The notes beneath the pieces are model-generated. The model saw only the letters and a program-made list of their open reading frames with translations, was not told the DNA's origin and ran no database searches. A DNA stretch of 64,000 bases from positions 2,100,699-2,164,698 of the forward strand of contig CM082581.2 in NCBI GenBank assembly GCA_040954595.2. Direction: 5' to 3'. Below, piece by piece: positions 13,211 through 25,634 of this stretch; position 1 is the stretch's first letter, and every line of letters begins with the position of its first letter. Position numbers and translations under genes: made by a program. This stretch comes from Balanoglossus misakiensis (lineage: Eukaryota > Animalia > Hemichordata).

Positions 13211-14695
13211 GTGATAACTAAGTCCTCAAGAAATTATGTGCTGCAGTGGGCTCATGATTGTGTTTTAGCGGGACATTTAGGATACACTAAAACGTTGGGA
13301 GTTTTAAGACAGAGGTATTTTTGGGAAAGGATGCCCCGGGATGTTGACATGTACGTAAATACATGCGCACATTGTCACACACGAAAGAGAGCCACACCCC
13401 CTACTCATGCTAAGTTGTTACCTATTCCAGTATCAGGACCCTGGGACCGACTGGGTATGGATATTGTGGGACCCCTCCCTAGAACTTATGATGGCCATAA
13501 ATACATCTTAGTACTTACTCATTACTTTACTAAGTTTCCAGTAGCATATCCATTACGTAATGCACGAGCTGACAGTTGCTAAGATCTTGTTTGATGAAGT
13601 AATTGCTACTTATGGAAGCCCCAGAGTTTTGCTGAGTAATGAGGGATCGAATTTTTTTATCCCAGGTAGTTCACGAAACTTGCAAATATTTCAACATCCA
13701 GAGTAAAGTTTCTACCCCTTATCGTCCACAGACCAATGGCCTTACAGAACGTTTCAATGGTTGCCTAGTCGACATGCTGTCCATGTTTGTTGATAGTAAA
13801 CAGAAAGATTGGGATCGGTACCTAAGTTCAGTGCTTTTCGCGTATAGAGTTAGTCCTCAAGAGTCCAGTGGGTTCAGCCCGTATTATGTGTTATAAGGTC
13901 GGCATCCCACATTGCCCATGGATGTTGAATTCCAGCCAGTTGAGGGGAGGACAAGAAATATAGATACACACCTTAAACATTTAGCTGCTAAGAGGGAGAT
14001 AGCTCATAAAATCGCCAAAGAGAATATAGGTCGACAGAATATGAAGGACCGTTATGATCAAAATATCCAACGGTCACAAAATCTTAAAGTGGGGGATCCT
14101 GTATATTTATACACACCTGATGTTAAACCAGGAGTTAATAAGAAATTCGTACATAAGTGGACAGGTCCTAGCATTATTTCTGAGAAGGCGGGTCCTGTTA
14201 ATTACAAGTTACGTTTCATCAATAGCACCAGGAATTATCGTAAAGGCATACATGTGAATAGGCTAAAAAGAGCTTATTTGCGCCCCTCAGAGTTTGACTC
14301 ATCCTCACCAGATACCAAAAATTATGAAAATGGGACCGAAATATGTCAAAGTCCTAAAGCAGACATAAATGAATCAGAGAATGGTTCTGATCAAATTGAG
14401 GGATTGGAATTGAGAGATTTGTCGTCAAGGACAAATCCCAGTGCTATCGATGAAACTAATAACAATTGAAATTGTCAGAACAAAGCTTCTGAGCCATTTA
14501 CGAAATAGAAAATGTGTTGAAGGGTCGACATAGAAATGGGAAATTACAGTATTTGGTTAAGTGGAAGAATAATTCAACCAAACATAATACGTGGGAGGAT
14601 GAAGACAATTTGAATGAAATTGCAAAAGAGTATTTGATGAGAAATCCTGTAAAGATAAATGGGAAACGGGTTATAGCACACTTGCACATTTAAAT
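13211..14695 (+). pseudogene. Gypsy integrase (HHCC zinc finger, DDE core, GPY/F) with C-terminal chromodomain; frameshifted
   Basis: AHDCVLAGHLG...CAHC, integrase core, KWTGP. At ~14498-14620: YEIENVLKGRHRNGKLQYLVKWKNNSTKHNTWEDEDNL, a chromodomain consensus. Confidence 0.93.
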
Positions 14696-15209
14696 CTATG
14701 GACAGAGAAATATGCGCGTAACAAAAAAAACACGGAAAATGGAGACACGTGGTTGACTGAAATGAGAGTTTGAACACGACTGAGAGGTATGAGTGTTGGC
14801 CAGTCTGTATGAGTGAGAATACGATTGGCGTGTCCCTTGATTCGTTTAAATGTTACGCAAGTTGTCGAATGACATTTTTTATCCGTTGTTTGCTGAGTTT
14901 AGTTGTATGTGATATGCAACCTGGTTCCCGTGTCACTCTGTTTAAATGTGTTGATGTATTTAAGTTATAAAGAAATTACCAGTGAAGTTTGAAGTTGCAG
15001 AGATTTTAACACTGGAGAAAAATGTTTTGAGTTGAATTTTTCGTTCGTTTGATGACCTAAATAGTTGGCCCAGTTTGTGTAAATAGTCCCTTGTAATGGC
15101 TATGTGTTTGTATAAAGAAACCACAGAGATAACCGATTTAGCAAGTTGTATTTTATTGCATTATCTTCTTAATTAAGAAACTTGTGTCCAATGCGGGACG
15201 CATTGCTTT

Positions 15210-15716
15210 AAAACAAGGGGAGTGTTATGATCTGTACAAAGGTCAAATATGATTTTAAGGGTCAATTATACTTAAAGCTCGGGAATGTCAATGTTTGATA
15301 GTATTTTTATTTTATGTATTTGAAGTAGATAGGGGGAGCTGGTGTTTAATTGACTGCTCTGAGTGTCAATCATCATCGAACTGACTTTATTATATAACGC
15401 TCTATGTAATTTGGTACGTATATAGTTGAATTGATGCCTAATGAAATTGTAACACATTGTATTTGTGATATTTGACATGATTAACCACGCCTTGAGAAAA
15501 GTAATTATAAGAGAACTTTGTTTGCAGAGTTGGGGGAGGAGAATAATCTAACGGGAGATGTATGTACCTCAGGCTACTGAGCTCGTTTCCTTCCTCACAT
15601 ACTTAACTGGACATATTTGATGTACTGGAGTAATTCTCGACAATAAATGAACGTGAATCAGATACGTGTCTCCGTGGATCACTGTTCTCGTCACAGGCCG
15701 TTACCTCATCGCTACA
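15210..15716 (+). mobile_element. Polypurine tract and 3' LTR of the Gypsy element
   Basis: PPT aaaacaaggggag (15210-15222) is directly followed by TGTTATG. AATAAA at ~15642. Probable end ...gctaca at 15716 (right end inferred). Confidence 0.75.
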
Positions 15717-15774
15717 ATGTCCCTGATGTATGAACTACAATAATATTCCAGCGGTAGTACGACTCTGAAAAGTA

Positions 15775-16720
15775 TGCACTACTGATCTTACTTGACCTCT
15801 CCGCCGCATTCGATTCCATTGATCACGGGATACTTATTCGTAGACTATCGAACCTTGGCATTACAGACACAGTATTAACATGGTTTAACATCTTACATTC
15901 AAAATAGATACCAAACTGTAATCATCGAAAACACTGCAAGTTCACATTCACCTATCGTATTGGGCCTACGCGGCTCTGTCCTTGGCCCTCTGTTCTTCGC
16001 CATTTATATAGCCCCACTTTGTAAACTGAATCGTCACCACAACCACAATTTCATCAGTACGCCGATGATAAACTACTATACCTTGCTTTTTCTCCGCAAG
16101 ATCCACCCTCTATCGTCCAATCTCTGGAGATCTGCATCGAAGGCATGGATGACACTGAATAAACTACAGCTAAACAAAACCGAAGTCGTTGATATTCGCT
16201 CATCTTCTTGATCCTATTCCATCCTCCAACATGGGCTCTGCATCCATCTCTCTGGTAACAGCAACGTGTAATCTGGGAGCTGTCTTTGATAGTATCCATA
16301 TTTATAACCAGCCCATCAAGAATACATGTATGTCCACGTTTTTTTTATCGTCGACACATCGGATCAATACGAAAGTACCTATCTTCTAAGGATTGAATTC
16401 GTGTAGTTCTTTCCACCAAACTTGAATACTTCAATTCGTTACTGTTTGGTCTTCCTCAATCTGCAGTAAATCTACTTCAGTGATTACAAAACACAGCAGC
16501 AAATATCATCACCCGGTCGAAGAAGTTTGAACACATCACTCTTGCCCTCATCACTCTGGATTGGCTACCAGTTTGTGCCAGGATTGATTACAAGATATTG
16601 CTTCTTAAATACAATGCCATTCATGGCCTTACCCTGGAGTACATCAATGCCATTCATGGCCTTACCCTGGAGTACATTTCTAACATGGTTAATCGATTTA
16701 CCCCTTCACACAACTTATAG
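15775..16720 (+). pseudogene. Degenerate L2/CR1-clade LINE reverse transcriptase
   Basis: [43 protein letters not shown], and HITLALITLDWLPV..RIDYKILLL across frameshifts. Confidence 0.88.
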
Positions 16721-17093
16721 TGTCTGTGTTATGCCCTTACACACAACACGCATAATCACTCTTTTGTGGTGCAGTTGAAGTTTGTTGCCGTCTAGAATCT
16801 CATATGAGGTAATATGCTTTAATATTTTCAAGCAAAAGTGCAGGGTGGCCGTGTAATCCAAATCCAGCCCAGTCGACTTTTTTTCGCCTTTCCGAACTTC
16901 AAGTTAGAATCGCTCGGTGATTATTTCCCGCCAAATATGCTAATTTTTACCTGAGAGGTCTTATATCCGCAACCAAATACCCTCGCTAGCCGTTTATAAC
17001 CTCTAAACGATGCCCAAACCATACCATACCATATTACCGTGTTTCATGTATAGTCAACTTTCCAGAAGATTGTTTTGACAGCGGAAGATAATT

Positions 17094-17209
17094 AGGGGTT
17101 ATTACACTAAATTTGGTCGATAACGCGTCGTATTCGAGTGATGTCCGTTGCTTTGCACGATATACGGACATCACTCGCGTTATCGACCAAAATTCGTGTA
17201 ATAACCCCT
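17094..17209. repeat. Long imperfect palindrome (hairpin)
   Basis: aggggttattacactaaatttggtcgataacgcg...cgagtgatgtccgt pairs with acggacatcactcgcgttatcgaccaaaattcgtgtaataacccct. Confidence 0.9.
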
Positions 17210-18104
17210 TTATCATACATGCCTACCTATAAAACAATACAATTTGCGAAAATGCGTCGAGAAAAACAATTTCACGGCCAGAAATTTGAACCGGGCGCCC
17301 TTGGATCACGGCAAGCACCCATAGCCAAGTGAGACAGGGCGATGCGATCAGGTGATCAACGTGTAGGCCGTAGTATTATTCTCAGGGGGCTGGCAGCTTT
17401 CATTACGATGGGCACATCTGCATTCTAAATACAATTGGCTACGTTCTCTTTCAAAATATCATGTTAACGATTATTTCGCATTGAGAATTCCGAAGAAGTA
17501 AATGTGATACATTCAACATGACAAAAAACTCCAGCTTTGAAAACTTTATTACAGCTTCTAATAACCCAATTTTACAACATCCCTCTCCACTAAAGTCCTA
17601 TGCCCCGTACGTCGCTCGCGCGCGCAGCGAACTATCACGCCGATCACCTAGTCAACGCTGTGTGATGATTTCAGCGCATTCTCCTAAATAGTTCAAGACG
17701 GGGTATATCACTGAGTGAAATACCTACCGTATAATACAGTCGCATCGATGACCCATATTAGGAGTTGCTTATTAGCATAAAAATTAACATATCGTTAATA
17801 TGTAGAACGCGATCTGACAAATGACTTCTTTGGAAATACGTCTTTTCCCGCTCTTTGGTATGAAAATTACGACCTTTTTATTCAAATGTAATTTTGGGGT
17901 GAAATACGCTGGGGATATCCCGTCAATTAAAAACACGAAAGTACGAGTCAAACTTGCTTCCGGGTCAATAAGAAAACATTTCACCAGTGCTTTTTAAAAA
18001 TAATAAATTTTGATTTCGGCGCCTACACTATTTTTGACGACAGCGACACAACAAGCCCCGCACAACCGAAAAAGCAGGCGAGCGAACACCATCACCAGGT
18101 CATC

Positions 18105-18353
18105 GTGTCACAATACTATACTCTTCAGAGAATGCCTTCACTCATCGTACACCAAGTACTGGCAGTGGCGATGCACCACTATAAAGGTGCACTTACTGTC
18201 GGTGCTGGGTATCGCCTTCTGCGGGAGAAATCCAACCCATACGATCAGAACGCCGTCAAACCTCAAGTGACATTTGGCTTATGCTCTTGGACAAAGTTTC
18301 ATGTACTTCGTCATGATGAGTCTGGAGTTTTTAAACCGTTATTTTCGATCAAG
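18105..18353 (+). pseudogene. HIRAN-domain-like exon
   Basis: AVAMHHY...LTVG...RLLREKSNPYDQNAV matches the HIRAN L.REP.NPYD.NA[IV] motif. Possible donor aag|gtaggg at ~18353. Confidence 0.55.
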
Positions 18354-18617
18354 GTAGGGAATAATTGGTATTTGTGTATGGATTAATTATTGATCTAGAA
18401 GCATCGGGGGAATCGGCCAGATAACCTGACAGTAAAACGGTGAAATCAAATGAAAATTCTGCAACTTGAACCGCCAGTGATGTTTACGTCGAAGCGCTTT
18501 ATATTGTGGTAGGTTTACAAATTATATCCCGGACATCTGTCATATACACATGGTGTTATTTATGTTATACAGTTTCTTCAGTCACCGAGTATAGTTAATT
18601 TGTCTTAACTCATATTT

Positions 18618-18833
18618 CAGTGTTTCATTTAGGATGGCATCAACAGGGGGGATACGTCCCCCATTGCCAGAATATTTAGGGGGGTTTCCACTCTCCAAGG
18701 CAGACTGTAATATCTCCAACATGTACACAGCATCATTTTAAGGGGCATTGCCCCCCCCCCCATGACAAGTTCCTAAGGGGTGCTATCATGTCAACAAGGG
18801 GGTGAATCCCCCCTCCCCCTAGATGAAACACTG
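18618..18833. mobile_element. Small hAT-like MITE
   Basis: TIRs cagtgtttcatttagg / cctagatgaaacactg (1 mismatch in 16). No clean TSD. Confidence 0.55.
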
Positions 18834-21728
18834 ATGTTTCTACTGCCAAGAAATTAAAATTACATTGCATGATGTTGCCACTTTTGTAATTTGTTTTATT
18901 GAAATGACTGTATTTTTGAAAAAAATTAATTGTATAAATGCATAATTTTGTAAACTTCCAATTGTCAAAAAGCTAAAATAAAAATGGCATGAAATTGAAA
19001 TAAATGACTCCTCACAACTGACCACTATTTGAGATTATCAAATTTTTATTACAAAGAACTAAAAAATTCATATAAAATTACATTCAATTCATGATTATTA
19101 TAACAATGCACAAAACTCTCTCTCAACTTTATCAACCCCGAACCCACACAATCCAACCCCATACCCATTAACAAATCAACTCCCATAATTTATAAATAAT
19201 GATAAAAGAAAATAACACTGGAATCCAATTTGGCAAAAGAAATGATTGCTGTATTTAAATAATATATGAAACCAAGTTTATTATAAAAAAAAATTAAATG
19301 ACACTCAATATTTTGCCAACAAATAAAAATTAATCGTAAAAGAATAAATAAACCTAAAAGATAATAAAAATGTAATTAAAGCATAAAATAAAAGTAAAAC
19401 ATTGCACCTGAAGTGTTAGTTGAATAGGTTTCTAAATAGGAAAAAAAATGTGTCATGATTTTAAACAAATGAAATTCGGAAATGATCATAATTTGAATTT
19501 TTATCACATGATTGGCTGGAATAATGTTTCAATGTTGGGTTATAATATAAAACGTAATTCATTTGTTTCATTCCTATTTAGAAACCTTCAAATAATTTTT
19601 CAATAAAAATATAATTAAAAAAATATATAAATTCTGTTGATTAGAATATAGAAAATCAATAATCTCCTCAGCTGGTCAGCAAGTACAGTGGCAGTAGTTT
19701 TCAGTGACAGCTGCTCCTCAAGAGGACTAAACATAATTGAAAAAAAGATACACACAAAAACGAGATTAAATCATGGAAAGTAAAAAAAAAGAATAGAGAT
19801 ACATGGTAAACTAATAGATAAACTGTGAAATATGACCAAAAAAAGATTTTTTTTTATAAATCAATAAAATCTGTAGCCACTGTAATTCAATTGTGTACTG
19901 TGCAGTGTATTTCTGTTTTGCCAATACTGTGTTTTGTGCACAGTTAATATGATAGACAAGGGGAATGGGTGTTTGAATTTGAAATACACTAATAATTTTA
20001 CTGTTGCATTTCAAATTCAAACACTTCTGTAATAGCCCCTTATAAATCATGCACACTGTGCAGTAATTCCAGGAGCTTGGATTTGTTTGTTGCCCGTCGT
20101 AGTTGTGTATGCAGTGATGTTCTGTATGTTAACGGTAGTGTCTGAATTATGTCGTTGCATTCGTGTCGAAGTGTGGCATTTGTTTTTTTTTCTTCTCTTT
20201 CAATTTCTGCTCTTTCTTTTTCTGTAACAAGTAGTATTTTTTTTGCCAGTGCCTGGAGACTTACCTTGGCAGATGATACTTACCAGGGAACGTCTTTTTT
20301 CTTCGGCATTGATGTTATAATTGCCAATGTGTCTATCCATAGCATCTCCTGAGATGGTAATAGGAGACCGACCATCCTGATACTTGACATAAGATGTCTG
20401 TCTCAGTCGTCCCCTGAAACCCGTCAAGTCGTTAGAGTAGCCTGGGCGGCTACGTTCCAACGACTCGGGGTTTACAAGGCTAACGACTGAGAAGACTATC
20501 TTTCTCAGACTGGCCAGGGCATCATGCCTGCTACAGATGACAACCCACTTACCTGAATCGGGCACTGGAGGAGCTCAGGCCTTGTTGTTTTAGTCGTACT
20601 CCTCCAGGACGGCGTCCGCACCTTGATGGGCATCAGGCCTACCAGATCGTGAAATGGCCTCGTACTTCTCCAGAGTTTGGAGAAGTATTGGTGGATACCG
20701 GGCACGGTCGGTCTCGTCATAGACATCAATCATTTGGTAAGTGGGGTGATTCCGACCGTGCCACAGGGTGCGAAGGAGATGTCGTCAAGCCCGTAGGTAA
20801 GTGGGTGAATTGAAGCTCGTGCCCTGTCGAAAGAGGAAAATTCCTTGTAAATGTTGTAGAAGAATATTGTAAATGAAATTCATGTGAGAGTCTGTCACTG
20901 CTGCTGCATTCAACCAGCCAAAAAACAAACTGGTGGATGCATCAGCAGTGGGATTACTCACATCATGCACATGAAATTCCTGTAGCAATTCGCTCCACAG
21001 ACAATCTCTGAATTTGCAAAGAAGGTCAAATGAAATGTGATGATCAGAACACTTCTTCACACATTCTAGAGATCTGCCTCAGGAGAATCCCTGAGATATA
21101 GCAAAGTCCCTGTAAATCCCAATACATAGAAACAAATACACGGGTTTCAGAAGTCTAGCGCCCTCTTGTGGCTATCATGAATTTGACCTCAAAGCGAGGC
21201 CACTGGGTGTACGCCCCTGATGAGTTGATGACAGCTCATTAACACAGGCTCAGCGGTTTGTTGACGGAAGTGGCGACGCCGATAAAACTTTTCAAGGTAA
21301 GAATTTCTCGAATTCGCAGCTGTATTTTTGTTTTCAGTCATATTTTAAGCACCTTCTTGTTTAGCTTCTGAGATATTATAGCAAAAAAAGTGTGAATTTT
21401 TGCGATCTCAAATTTTTTTTTTGGAGCGACCGATATAGCGCACGGTTAGCTGGAAAGCCGGCATTCTGGTCAAAGGCACGTATCGATCGATCGACTCAGC
21501 GAAAAAAAATCAAAGTTTACTTTCAGTTTTTGTTACCTTAATTATGATCGAGCCCATAGCCGAACTGCTAAGGGGTGTTATTCACCGAAACTTTATGAAT
21601 GAGAGCTTTTAAAAGTTTTAGTTTTATTGCAGACCTTCTGCAGCCTATATTCCTCTTGCATTTGTATTCATGTTCAATGCTTCACAGAGTAAAAAAAATG
21701 TAATTGACATGCTGGATTTTTACACAGA

Positions 21729-23826
21729 ATGGATGTCACCGTCAGTAATGTATCTCTCAGCGAAGATGATATCCCAGGAGCCAGCTTTGATGGTATTGAT
21801 CCAGCAACGCTGAAAAAGGACAGGCTCCAATTTTGGTTAAGATGTAGGGGTGACACCCTGAAGAACTTAAAAACAAAGGCACAGTTGTTGACAAGGCAAG
21901 TAGGGGCTGGGTAAATTGTTTTTACGTGTTCCATTTGGTTTTGTTGATCAAACAATATAATAATAAATTATGGTCAAATAATGAAAATGCATGTATTGCA
22001 AATAATACTATTAAAATAACAATATTGAAGCATTTGTTTTTTTCTGTAGAATAAAGGTGTACATGGAAAATGGAACTGATGCAAAAATTGTTGATCCAGA
22101 TCCAAACAAAAGCTATACTAAGATGAAGATACAGAAAATGAAGGCACTATCATCAGGCCAAACTCCAGCAAATGTCATGTCAGCTCCTGTAGCACCTGTT
22201 GGACTGTCCACTTCTTACCCAAAAGATGGGTGGGGCACGTCGTTGCTAGGATTGCCTTTGTTCACTAGAGCACATATAAATATCCATCTCTCAAAAACAG
22301 GGAAGCAAGGAAAAGGGGATGCTGAGGATAATCACCCAACTAATCAGCAACGGGGAAAAGTGTTCTTTGAAGAAAAATATATCCATGATGTTATGACAAA
22401 TAAAGACACAAAATACTTTTATTTTACAGCAAGGTGTAACCATAGCTACAAAAAACATGCAGAGCCACATAGACTGAAACTAAAGCTTGATCTTCTGGAT
22501 GGTAATGTTGTACATGCTAACTGTACCTGTAAAGCCGGACTTGTAGGCTACTGTAATCATACCCTTGCATTATTATTTCTGATTTCACAATGCTCTTTAT
22601 TTGATTTAGAGGATGTTCAAGAGTTTGTAAATATTCACTCAAACATTACTTCTCCAACCTCTAGATTACAAGTGTGGCACCATAGAAACAGAGGTTTGGG
22701 GGTTTTGCCAGAACCTGTTACAAGTTTGGCCATTCGCAAAGTTAAAGTTGATAGTGGTGAGTCAAAATATGCTGTGACTTCAGCATTGTATGATGCCAGA
22801 AGAAATCCAAATCATGACAACAGTGCTGAAAAAAAGTTCAGAGAAAGTCTGAACCAAAAAAATCCACTGTTTGGGTTTGCGCAGTGCCAGGTCATGCCTG
22901 ATGTATCATTAGTTGATACCAAATTTGGTAAAGTGCCAAATGGCTCAATTTTAAGCTATCAAACACGACACACAGAGTGTAGTTATTCTGTCTTTTGTGA
23001 CATATCATCAGTACCAAGACTGCCATCTTATAATTTGTTAATAGATTTAAATTCTTTTCCTAATTTACCATACAAAGAAACCCCTATATATGACATTAAA
23101 ATTAACAATGAACAGGAACATGCATGGTTTCAATCAATCAAATGTAACAAAGACAGAGAAAATATGATTGAAGCAGAGACAAGAAAGCAGTCTGTCAGTG
23201 ATAAGTGGTTTCTGTATAGAAAACCAAGGCTGACTGCATCAAATTTTCACGATGTATGTATAACAAAAAGAAATCACGATGCCCTGTGTAATAGCTTATT
23301 TAATTCTGAAAGTTTTACAAGCAGATATACTGATCATGGCAAAAAATATGAAAGTGAGGGGTTGATAAAATATGCCAAATACATGAATGACACAGATAAT
23401 TATGTATCTCTACACAAATGTGGTCTAGTTATAAACCCCTCGTATTGTTTTCTTGGTGGTACACCGGATTCGAAAGTGGTCGATAGAAAATCATCTGAGC
23501 CATATGGTATTGTAGAAGTTAAATGCCCAGAAACAAAGAAAAATGTCACTCCGTTGGATGCATGCCTTGATCCAACATTTTATTGTTATGATGACAATGG
23601 GCAGCCAAGGTTGAAAGTTTATCACAGATATTATCAGCAAATTCAGGGACAAATGGCAGTGTGTGGGCTGACTTGGTGCGATTTTGTTATATATACATTT
23701 AAAGGGCTCAGCATTGAGAGAATCATATTTGACAGTGTATATTGGCAAGAAATGTTGACAAAACTGGATGTTTTTTTTACCGAACATTACATGCCATTTA
23801 TCGTGACGAGAGAACAAAGTGCTTAA
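21729..23826 (+). CDS. SAP-like + SWIM zinc finger + YqaJ (lambda-exonuclease-like PD-(D/E)xK) nuclease, two coding exons
   Basis: Exon 1 from 21729 (L.FWL.CRG...KTKAQL). Acceptor tttctgtag|A at 22049. SWIM CTCKAG..GYCNH. YqaJ motifs WFLYRKPRLTASNF, HGKKYE, GGTPD, VEVKCP, YYQQIQGQMAV. Confidence 0.9.
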
Positions 23827-23987
23827 CCATATTTTTATTGAATGTAGTTGATAAATGTAGTTGATGTTTTAAAAGATGTAAAATGCGTGCATGGTTGAAA
23901 TGCAAATAAAAGACGTATTCATCAATTTAATATTTTATTTTATTATTCACATTACAGCTGTGCCACATCAAAGAACAGACAAAATCC

Positions 23988-25634
23988 TCATGCACTTATT
24001 ATAGGATTCTGTACATTACACAATAGTGCACTTACAGTCCACATTTCATTTACAATATTAAAAAGTGATATAGGGACAACTCTGTCCCAGATATGAAAAT
24101 TCTTAACTTTATTAATTGCCCTTTCTACATGTATGCGCTCAGCAGCAATTTTTTGTGTTTCTATAACATCTTCTGCACTCATTTGGTCACGTTTCTCTAG
24201 AAATGGTGGAATATTCAGAGACACACCTTTAGGCCTCAAGAGGTCAGCTATGGTGAATCCCTTGTCTGCCATTACAGAGTCACCGTGGTCAAATGGCATA
24301 TCCAGTAACCCTGATCTACATTCAATTTCTCTGTCAGATATGGAGCCAGTATATAAACTGCTGACAAATGTTACAGCTCCACTTGGAGCTATGCCTATTA
24401 GCCCCTTAAGTGTTACATGGTTTTTGTAATTAGACAATAATTGTGAATGTAAAATCAATGAACTGGGCATTTCCACCCTAATTTCTGAACAATCAATTAT
24501 GATGCGGGTACTTGGGTACTTCACTGTAAATGATGCAGGCATGTTTCTTGTGATACTGGCTTTGTCTTGCCAAATATTAAGGTGACCCAGTTTCAAGTAA
24601 AGGTAATTTATCCAAGTTATAAATATTCTGCTTACAGTTGACATTGAAATGTTAAACAGAAATGCCAGGTGACGCTCAAAGAAACCCTGCCTTAAACGAC
24701 ACAAAGTAAGAAGAAATTCATCAATTGGCCGTAGGGTCCGAGGGCGACCCATTTTCTTGTCTGCTTGGCTTTTATCAGTATCATGTAATTTATTTGTTGA
24801 ATTCCAGTAGTTAATATTTTCTCCCACTTTACCAGGGTCAATAAATTCAAAGACATCCATTAACGCCAGAAAATTTGGAAATCCTGTATAAGATGAAATT
24901 ACCTCATCACTCTCTTTCATATTTTCAATGTTGAATTGATTACTTTTCAAATTCTTTATTTCTAAATCCTTTTTAATTAAATCCTCCCTCAATAGTTTTA
25001 CTTTTTCTTTAAGCATTTCAATGGTTTTTGCATTTGAAAACTCTACATCAGCAATTTTGTTAATAAGTCTCTGGTTTTCAAAAGTAAGTCTTTCAATTTT
25101 TTCAAGGAGTTGCTGTTCATTCCTATGATTTCCAGATGAGATGCCCAGATGTGATTGGTCAACTTCATGACACCCAAGTGTCTGTTGATGAAGTACTTCA
25201 GTGCTTCCCAGCTGACATCTCTCGTGAAGGTCTCCTGTGGCGGAATCACTTACAGTAGACAATTTACCACTTGGATGCATGCTGTGATTTTCATTTACCT
25301 CCATCAAAGTATTTTTCTGTGGTGCTGTTCTTGGTGTTGGTAACTTTCGTGCTTGTTTTGTGGATGTCCATTTGAACTGTGATGGTACAGCATTCGGTTT
25401 GAGAAAATATTTATTGGCAAGGGTTCTTGATATGTCCTCATCTGTGAAATGCCTTGAGCAAACCTTTGTGTGATGTGTTATTTTGAAAAATTTTCCTTCA
25501 TCCCTCTTGATTTTTGTTATCCATTGTTTTCCTCGCATTTTATCGTTTGGAAAAGAAAAAAAGGAAATTTTCTCCCCATTCTCTCCTCTGTACCCAGCTC
25601 TTGTACAGAACGGTACACAACAGTTATGAACCAT
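23988..25634 (-). CDS. Transposase: THAP domain, coiled coil, HTH and DDE_Tnp_4 (ISL2/Harbinger-like)
   Basis: THAP MVHNCCVPFC...FFSFP...W...VCSRHF...LKPNAVP. HTH FLLTLCRLRQG..ERHLAFLFNISMSTVSRIF. Catalytic IIDCSE, MADKGF, RIHVERAI. No stops. Confidence 0.95.
   Translation of the reverse strand: MVHNCCVPFCTRAGYRGENGEKISFFSFPNDKMRGKQWITKIKRDEGKFFKITHHTKVCSRHFTDEDISRTLANKYFLKPNAVPSQFKWTSTKQARKLPTPRTAPQKNTLMEVNENHSMHPSGKLSTVSDSATGDLHERCQLGSTEVLHQQTLGCHEVDQSHLGISSGNHRNEQQLLEKIERLTFENQRLINKIADVEFSNAKTIEMLKEKVKLLREDLIKKDLEIKNLKSNQFNIENMKESDEVISSYTGFPNFLALMDVFEFIDPGKVGENINYWNSTNKLHDTDKSQADKKMGRPRTLRPIDEFLLTLCRLRQGFFERHLAFLFNISMSTVSRIFITWINYLYLKLGHLNIWQDKASITRNMPASFTVKYPSTRIIIDCSEIRVEMPSSLILHSQLLSNYKNHVTLKGLIGIAPSGAVTFVSSLYTGSISDREIECRSGLLDMPFDHGDSVMADKGFTIADLLRPKGVSLNIPPFLEKRDQMSAEDVIETQKIAAERIHVERAINKVKNFHIWDRVVPISLFNIVNEMWTVSALLCNVQNPIISA

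Noticed and set aside
17281-17345. tRNA or tRNA-derived SINE head on the minus strand (GGTTCAAAT B-box)
   Set aside because: No convincing cloverleaf or good A-box. At most a degenerate SINE fragment.
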